Position numbers and translations under genes: made by a program. The notes under the pieces were generated by a model. It had not been told where the DNA came from. It ran no database searches and was given only the letters and a program-made list of their open reading frames with translations. DNA of 64,000 bases, from assembly GCA_021813945.1 (NCBI GenBank), contig JAKAJD010000001.1, forward strand, positions 9,744-73,743, written 5' to 3'. Position 1 is the first letter of the stretch, and each line of letters opens with the position of its first letter. This document shows positions 58,919-64,000 of this stretch, piece after piece. The stretch is from a bacterium (GTDB taxonomy: Bacteria > Patescibacteriota > Microgenomatia > Curtissbacterales > GWA2-41-24).

Positions 58919-60488
58919 AATATTCATTTTAATAATCTTAATATCGCTAGCTTTGAGATTTTATAAATTGGGAGTTATTCCAGCTGGCTTGGATTGGGAC
59001 GAGGTAAGTAACGCTTACAATGCTTATTCGATTCTAAAAACAGCACGTGATGAATTCGGCACATTCTTACCTTTGACAAACAGATCATTCGACGATTATA
59101 AACCGCCTCTTTATATGTATCTAAATGTTCCAACAGTTGCTATTTTTGGCCTTACGCCGTTTGCCGCAAGATTGCCCTCCGCCCTTTTAGGTACTCTATC
59201 AACCATTTTCATCTATTTTTTGGTAAAACGCCTATTCAAAAAAGAAGCACTTGCTCTCATATCAATGGCACTTGCAGCAACTTCGCCATGGCAGCTGCAA
59301 TTTTCCAGAGTCGGTTTTGAAGCAAATTTAGGTTTGTTTATGGCAATATCATCATTTACACTTCTTCTTTATGCGTTGCCCATGTTGAAGGAAAAATTTT
59401 CATCTCGAAAAGCCACTGTCTTTCTACTATCTGCATTCTCATTTGGATTAAGCTTTTACAGTTACCATTCAGAGCGTATCTTTATACCATTATTATTTCT
59501 CGTATCCCTTATAATTTACCGGCAAGATTTTTTAAAGATACCCAAGAAACTTTGGGTGATTTTTATCGCCATTACAATATTTCTGGTACTTCCTTTTTTC
59601 ATTTTTACTCCATTTAAAGCAATATCACAAAGGCTTGACGAAACAAGCCAATCGACAACAATTCAAAACATCGACCAATCGATTGTTTTTATGAAGGAAG
59701 ATAACTATTCCTATCTTTCTAAAATTATCCATAACAGGAGATTATTAATTGCAACCAATTATGCAAAGAATTATTTAGCTAACTTTGATGTGAACTATTT
59801 ATTTATCAAGGGCGACAACAACCTTCGTCATCATATTGAAAATATGGGCATGCTTTACCTTATAGAGTTGCCTTTACTTATATATGGTCTCTACTTTTTT
59901 ATTAAAGAAAGATCCAAAAGTACAATTTTTATTCTAGCTTGGCTCATCCTATCACCTATTCCAGCAGCACCAGGCAACGTAGCGCCCCACGCAATCAGAA
60001 GTTTTACCATGATTATTTCGCTAGAAATTGTAATTAGTTTTGCAATATTAAAAATTTATGAGCAGATTAAGTGGAAAAAAGCATACATGGGATTACTCCT
60101 TTCAGCTTATTTTTTGACATTTATCGTCTACTTGCATAATTATTACGTTCACTATTGGCACGATAATGCCTCCTGGTGGCAGCATGGATATCTTCAAGCA
60201 GTTTCAAAGACTAAAGTAGTCAAAAACAACTACAATCGGATAATAGTCGATCCATCAATTGAGCAAGCATACATTTTCTGGTTATTTGGCACCAAATACG
60301 ACCCAAAAAGTTATCAGATAAATGGAAATAAGGAACATTTTGATAAATATTACTTCACACCTGTCCAGCCTGAAAATTCAAAAGACTTATTTGTAACAGC
60401 AAAAAGCTTGCCCCAAGAGTTTGACATAATTGACACAATAAATTTTCCAAATGGCGAGAAAAACATATCAATAGGTCATCCAAAATAA
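58908..60488 (+). CDS. ArnT/PMT-like GT-C glycosyltransferase (tandem paralog 6 of 6)
   Basis: LDWDEVSNAYNAYSILKTARDEFGTFLPL...TSPWQLQFSR. Confidence 0.7.
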   Translation: MKNKIFILIILISLALRFYKLGVIPAGLDWDEVSNAYNAYSILKTARDEFGTFLPLTNRSFDDYKPPLYMYLNVPTVAIFGLTPFAARLPSALLGTLSTIFIYFLVKRLFKKEALALISMALAATSPWQLQFSRVGFEANLGLFMAISSFTLLLYALPMLKEKFSSRKATVFLLSAFSFGLSFYSYHSERIFIPLLFLVSLIIYRQDFLKIPKKLWVIFIAITIFLVLPFFIFTPFKAISQRLDETSQSTTIQNIDQSIVFMKEDNYSYLSKIIHNRRLLIATNYAKNYLANFDVNYLFIKGDNNLRHHIENMGMLYLIELPLLIYGLYFFIKERSKSTIFILAWLILSPIPAAPGNVAPHAIRSFTMIISLEIVISFAILKIYEQIKWKKAYMGLLLSAYFLTFIVYLHNYYVHYWHDNASWWQHGYLQAVSKTKVVKNNYNRIIVDPSIEQAYIFWLFGTKYDPKSYQINGNKEHFDKYYFTPVQPENSKDLFVTAKSLPQEFDIIDTINFPNGEKNISIGHPK

Positions 60489-61277
60489 ATGAAAAAAGAA
60501 AAAAGAATCAAACTATCCGTCGCTCTTGCAACGTATAACGAAGAAGAAAATATAGTAGATTGCCTTGAATCTGTTAAAGATGTGGGGGATGAGATTGTGG
60601 TTGTTGATGGTAATTCACAAGACAGAACAGCTGAACTGGCAAAAATTAATGGGGCAAAGGTCATTAAAACTGAAAATAAAAAAATGTTTCACATCAACAA
60701 AAATTTGGCAATTAAAACCTGTAGGGGAGAGTGGATACTACTTTTGGATGCAGACGAAAGAGTAACGCCCGACCTAGCCAAAGAGATCAAAAACATCATC
60801 CATGGTAAATCCACAAATGATGGTTACTGGGTTAATCGCAAAAATTGGTTTTTGGGTGGCTTTTTAACAAAAGGAGGAGCATATCCAGACTCGGTAATAA
60901 GGCTATTTAAAAAAGGCAAGGGCCACCTTCCCCAAATCAGCGTTCATGAACAAGTTGCAATTGAGGGCTCATTGGGCCACCTAAAAAACGATCTCCTTCA
61001 TCTGGCGGACCCAAATTTTTCGAGATATTTAACAAGGGCTAACCGCTATACTGATTTGACGGCAGAGAACCTAAAGAATAGCAAAATCGGCCAAGGACCA
61101 TTGCAAATTGTGTTTTACATGCTCATAAAACCATCCGTCACTTTTACAGACATTTATATTCGCCATGGAGGCTTCAAAGATGGATTTAGAGGTTTTGTGT
61201 GGGCTTTGTTTTCGGGAGCTCATCATTTTTATGCCTATTCAAAGTATTTAACCGAAAAATCACAAAAAAAATTATAA
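60489..61277 (+). CDS. GT2 glycosyltransferase (DADER-motif subfamily)
   Basis: LSVALATYNEEENIVDCL, VDGNSQDRT, LLDADERVTPDL. Confidence 0.7.
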   Translation: MKKEKRIKLSVALATYNEEENIVDCLESVKDVGDEIVVVDGNSQDRTAELAKINGAKVIKTENKKMFHINKNLAIKTCRGEWILLLDADERVTPDLAKEIKNIIHGKSTNDGYWVNRKNWFLGGFLTKGGAYPDSVIRLFKKGKGHLPQISVHEQVAIEGSLGHLKNDLLHLADPNFSRYLTRANRYTDLTAENLKNSKIGQGPLQIVFYMLIKPSVTFTDIYIRHGGFKDGFRGFVWALFSGAHHFYAYSKYLTEKSQKKL

Positions 61278-61360
61278 TTCGAACCTAAATTGCCTACTTG
61301 TTTAAAAGCTAAAAAATTGTTATCAAAGTAATATATACCCTTTTTCGAAAGGAGGTAGCC

Positions 61361-61390
61361 ATGGCAAAGAAAAAGAAAAAGAAAAAATAA
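61361..61390 (+). other. Mini-ORF MAKKKKKKK with the strongest Shine-Dalgarno sequence in the window; a candidate leader peptide or regulatory element
   Basis: aaaGGAGGTagccATGgcaaagaaaaagaaaaagaaaaaaTAA. The SD GGAGGT lies at 61351-61356, in a window that otherwise almost lacks SDs. Confidence 0.25.
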
Positions 61391-61401
61391 GATCTTTCTT
61401 G

Positions 61402-61457
61402 CCCACCTTAGCGGTTTTTAAAAGATTTTCTATTAAAAGCGGAAGGTGGGTTTTCTT
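61402..61457 (+). terminator. Hairpin CCCACCTT...(33-nt loop)...AAGGTGGG followed by TTTTCTT; terminator- or attenuator-like
   Basis: An 8-bp perfect inverted repeat (61402-61409 and 61443-61450) followed by a T-run, immediately after the poly-Lys mini-ORF. Confidence 0.3.
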
Positions 61458-61497
61458 ACTCGGATTCATAAATTCTCCTATTTACCCAAAACTGAGC

Positions 61498-61556
61498 TAT
61501 AATTTAGAAGAAATTACATAAGCTAAAGCGAATATAATTTAGAAGAAATTACATAA
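61498..61556 (+). repeat. Two identical 24-bp direct repeats TATAATTTAGAAGAAATTACATAA, 35 bp apart, upstream of the GT4 gene
   Basis: Copy 1 is at 61498-61521 and copy 2 at 61533-61556. Each contains TATAAT, and copy 2 ends 8 nt before the GTG start at 61565. Confidence 0.6.
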
Positions 61557-61564
61557 TCTTAATA

Positions 61565-62593
61565 GTGAAAGTTGCAATAGACGCTAGCCCTCTTAAAAAC
61601 CAGCACAACACACGCGGTATAGGTAGTTACACTCAAAATTTAATTGAATCTTTCAAAAGGCTTAAAGAGGGAATTGAATTAGAGCAATTTTATGACCCAA
61701 AAAATCCTCCTAACGTTGACGTTGTTCACTATCCTTACTTCGACTTCTACTTTAACACTTTACCAATTTTTAAAAAACAAAAACGAGTTGTCACCATACA
61801 TGACGTCATACCCTTAGTTTTTCCAGATAAGTTTCCTGCAGGTCTTAAAGGTAGGTTTAACCTTCAAAGGCAAAAGCTTGCTTTGAAAAACACTGACGCT
61901 GTAATTTGCGACTCGGTAACATCAAAGCAAGACATAATAAATAAATTGGGGTATCCACAAGATAAAATACATGCCGTTTATCTTGCTCAGGGAAAAAATT
62001 TTAAAAAAATCAACGATAAAAAATTATTAAACAAAATCTCAAAAAAATATAAATTACCATTGAGATTTATCCTTTATGTTGGAGATGTAAACTGGAATAA
62101 AAATTTGCCAAATTTACTAGAAGCATCAAAACTGGCGGACGTCAATCTCGTTATGGTAGGAAAAGCAATCCTTGATGAAAATTTAGAACAAACAAAATCT
62201 CTTATATCAAAAATGAAAAGTATTGGTATTTCAGAAAAAGTCCTGAGGCTTGGTTACATCCAAGAGGAGGATCTAATCTCAATTTATAATCTGGCATCAG
62301 CAACACTGGTACCCTCGTTTTACGAAGGCTTCGGCCTTCCTGTTTTAGAAAGTATGACTTGCGGCACGCCAGTTATCTGTTCAAAAAACTCATCTCTGAC
62401 CGAAATAGCAGAGGAAGCAGCAATCTATTGCGACCCCAATGATTCAAAAGATATTGCTCTAAAAATAAACCAAACCATAGGACTAAAAAAGCCAGATCTC
62501 TCAGAGAGATTAATATCTCATGCAAAAAAATTCAGTTGGGAAAAGGTGGCAACTGAAACAATCAGAGTGTATAAGAAGGTGGCGTTGGAGTAA
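61565..62593 (+). CDS. GT4 (GT-B, group 1) glycosyltransferase
   Basis: GTG start. YEGFGLPVLESMTCGTPVICS matches the GT4 E-x7-E region. Length 342 aa. Confidence 0.75.
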   Translation: MKVAIDASPLKNQHNTRGIGSYTQNLIESFKRLKEGIELEQFYDPKNPPNVDVVHYPYFDFYFNTLPIFKKQKRVVTIHDVIPLVFPDKFPAGLKGRFNLQRQKLALKNTDAVICDSVTSKQDIINKLGYPQDKIHAVYLAQGKNFKKINDKKLLNKISKKYKLPLRFILYVGDVNWNKNLPNLLEASKLADVNLVMVGKAILDENLEQTKSLISKMKSIGISEKVLRLGYIQEEDLISIYNLASATLVPSFYEGFGLPVLESMTCGTPVICSKNSSLTEIAEEAAIYCDPNDSKDIALKINQTIGLKKPDLSERLISHAKKFSWEKVATETIRVYKKVALE

Positions 62594-63682
62594 ATGTATA
62601 AAAAGATATTTTTAATATTTACTGCCTGGCGCCTTTTTTTATTTTTTATAGCTTTTCTGGCTCCAAACTTTATTCACCAATTCGGTAATAAATTTCCTTA
62701 TGTCGGTTTATTAGAATCTTCAAACCTGCCTCATTTTCTCTGGTCTTTTGGAAACTTTGATGGTGTTCACTATCTTGGAATCGCTAGCCATCTTTATGAC
62801 TTTCAATATACTCAGGCTTTTTTCCCTTTATATCCATTGCTTATTCGTTTTTTGTCACCCGTATTTATGGGCAATATATTGCTCACCGGTTTGATAATCT
62901 CCAACACTTTTTTTCTGCTCGGACTCTTCGTCTTTTACAAATTAGTTTCAGAATCGTCAAATGAAAAGACTGCTTTTTGGTCAGCTTTATTCATTCTGGC
63001 ATTCCCGACATCGTTTTATTTTGGATCTGTTTACACAGAAGGTTTATTTTTTTTCTTAATCACCTCTAGCTTTTATCTTTACAGCAAAAATAAAATATTC
63101 TTAGCATCCGTGGTCGGTGCGTTTTCTTCGGCAACACGCTTGATTGGCGTCTTCATGCTCCCTGCGCTCATTAAAAGAAAAGCCGTAATTCGGCAAGCTG
63201 TATTACTTCTCATTCCTTCCGGTTTATCTCTTTACATGGCATATCTCTATATCAAATTTCATAACGCTTTCTATTTCCTGACAGCCCAAACAATATTTGG
63301 CCAGGAACGATCTACCTCGAAGATAATACTTCTCCCCCAGGTTTTTTTTAGATACATCAAGATATTATTAACTACCAGGGGTGAAGTCTTAGCTATTTCA
63401 TCTTTAGAAATTTCATCAACAATTTTTGCATTTCTAATTCTCGCTCTGGCGTCAAAAAAAATGAAAGCAGACTGGCTGATTTTCAGCTGGCTTGCCGTTT
63501 TGGTGCCAACCCTAACAGGAACACTGGCTTCTATGCCCAGATATGTCCTAATTGCTTTTCCGATTTTTATCTATCTAGGAATGATAAATAATCTGTATAT
63601 CAAATTAACAGTACTCACATTGTTCCTAATCCTTCTTACAATTACCACAGCTTTTTTCACACAAGGGTATTGGGTAGCCTGA
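62594..63682 (+). CDS. PIG-V-like (GPI mannosyltransferase 2 family, GT76-like) polytopic mannosyltransferase
   Basis: FDGVHYLGIASHLYDFQYTQAFFPLYPLL matches the Mannos_trans_2 signature (WD..hF..IA..GY.....AFFPlyPll). It has about 10 TM helices. Confidence 0.55.
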   Translation: MYKKIFLIFTAWRLFLFFIAFLAPNFIHQFGNKFPYVGLLESSNLPHFLWSFGNFDGVHYLGIASHLYDFQYTQAFFPLYPLLIRFLSPVFMGNILLTGLIISNTFFLLGLFVFYKLVSESSNEKTAFWSALFILAFPTSFYFGSVYTEGLFFFLITSSFYLYSKNKIFLASVVGAFSSATRLIGVFMLPALIKRKAVIRQAVLLLIPSGLSLYMAYLYIKFHNAFYFLTAQTIFGQERSTSKIILLPQVFFRYIKILLTTRGEVLAISSLEISSTIFAFLILALASKKMKADWLIFSWLAVLVPTLTGTLASMPRYVLIAFPIFIYLGMINNLYIKLTVLTLFLILLTITTAFFTQGYWVA

Positions 63683-63710
63683 AGCTCTAAATTTATGCTA
63701 TTATCCAGCT

Positions 63711-64000
63711 ATGGGCTTTTATAAGCTTTTAATAACAAGCGTAGTTTTAAACGTTACGGCGAACATTTTACTGAAAAAGGGTGTTGTTTTAGCGGGTGGT
63801 GTAAGTGGAGATAAAACAAAAGTCATAGGAGATATATTTCGAGTTGCCCTTAGCCCATATATTTTAGGCGGCTTGATACTATACGGCCTCTCATTTTTGA
63901 TTTGGTTGAGAGTTTTAAGCTTTAACGACCTGTCTAAGTCCTATCCAATCTTTGCGACAATCGTATTCTTACTCACTACAGTAGCTTCCATTCAATTTCT
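63711..64000 (+). CDS. Small 4-TM SMR/EamA-like transporter (ArnE/ArnF-like candidate polyprenyl-P-sugar flippase subunit), 3'-truncated at the window edge
   Basis: The frame is open from the ATG at 63711 to the window end: MGFYKLLITSVVLNVTANILLKKG...DLSKSYPIFATIVFLL. It was not in the ORF track because it has no stop codon in the window. Confidence 0.5.
   Translation, partial: MGFYKLLITSVVLNVTANILLKKGVVLAGGVSGDKTKVIGDIFRVALSPYILGGLILYGLSFLIWLRVLSFNDLSKSYPIFATIVFLLTTVASIQF

Noticed and set aside
1-64000. Search for CRISPR arrays, transposases, integrases, phage genes, rRNA and tRNA
   Set aside because: No regularly spaced short repeats, no recombinase or transposase-like ORFs, and no T-arm or anticodon-arm signatures in the few intergenic gaps. 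Gaps of 70 nt or more exist only at 9753-10015, 10478-10549, 50744-50820 and 61278-61564.

Overview
Low-GC, tightly packed bacterial window of about 60 predicted genes, almost all on the + strand, with very few Shine-Dalgarno sequences. It looks like a reduced genome, possibly CPR/Patescibacteria-like; that is my inference. The first 11 kb are housekeeping genes: a 5'-truncated secA, a frameshift-free prfB, a ftsE-ftsX-M23 peptidase module, a lamin-tail-domain surface protein, tsaE-tsaC plus a mini tsaB, and greA. From about 11 kb to the window end there is one enormous cell-envelope glycosylation island. It encodes three nucleotide-sugar routes: dTDP-rhamnose (rmlABCD), a UDP-Glc/GDP-Man-type dehydrogenase (product possibly UDP-GlcA), and GDP-6-deoxyhexose (gmd plus reductase), with extra epimerases and dehydrogenases. 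It has four Dpm1-like GT2 enzymes that look like polyprenyl-phosphate-sugar synthases, one fused to a GtrA-like flippase domain. It also has a Wzx-like flippase, two GT4 and six other GT2 enzymes, and at least 18 polytopic GT-C-type membrane proteins. Those include seven ArnT/PMT-like (COG1807) paralogs, six of them in one overlapping tandem array at 50.8-60.5 kb, plus two YfhO-like proteins, two paralogs of an unnamed family sharing the YfhO-type C-terminal domain, and one PIG-V-like protein. pyrB, pyrC, a PolB-exo-like exonuclease and a PPAT-like fusion protein are scattered inside the island. No rRNA, tRNA, CRISPR or mobile elements were seen. The most notable items are the iterated GT2/GT-C modules of the island, an apparently circularly permuted M23 peptidase domain, a strong-SD poly-lysine mini-ORF with a hairpin, and repeated placement of perfect -10 boxes 6-7 nt before start codons. 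All calls come from reading the translated ORFs and the DNA by eye; no database searches were run.
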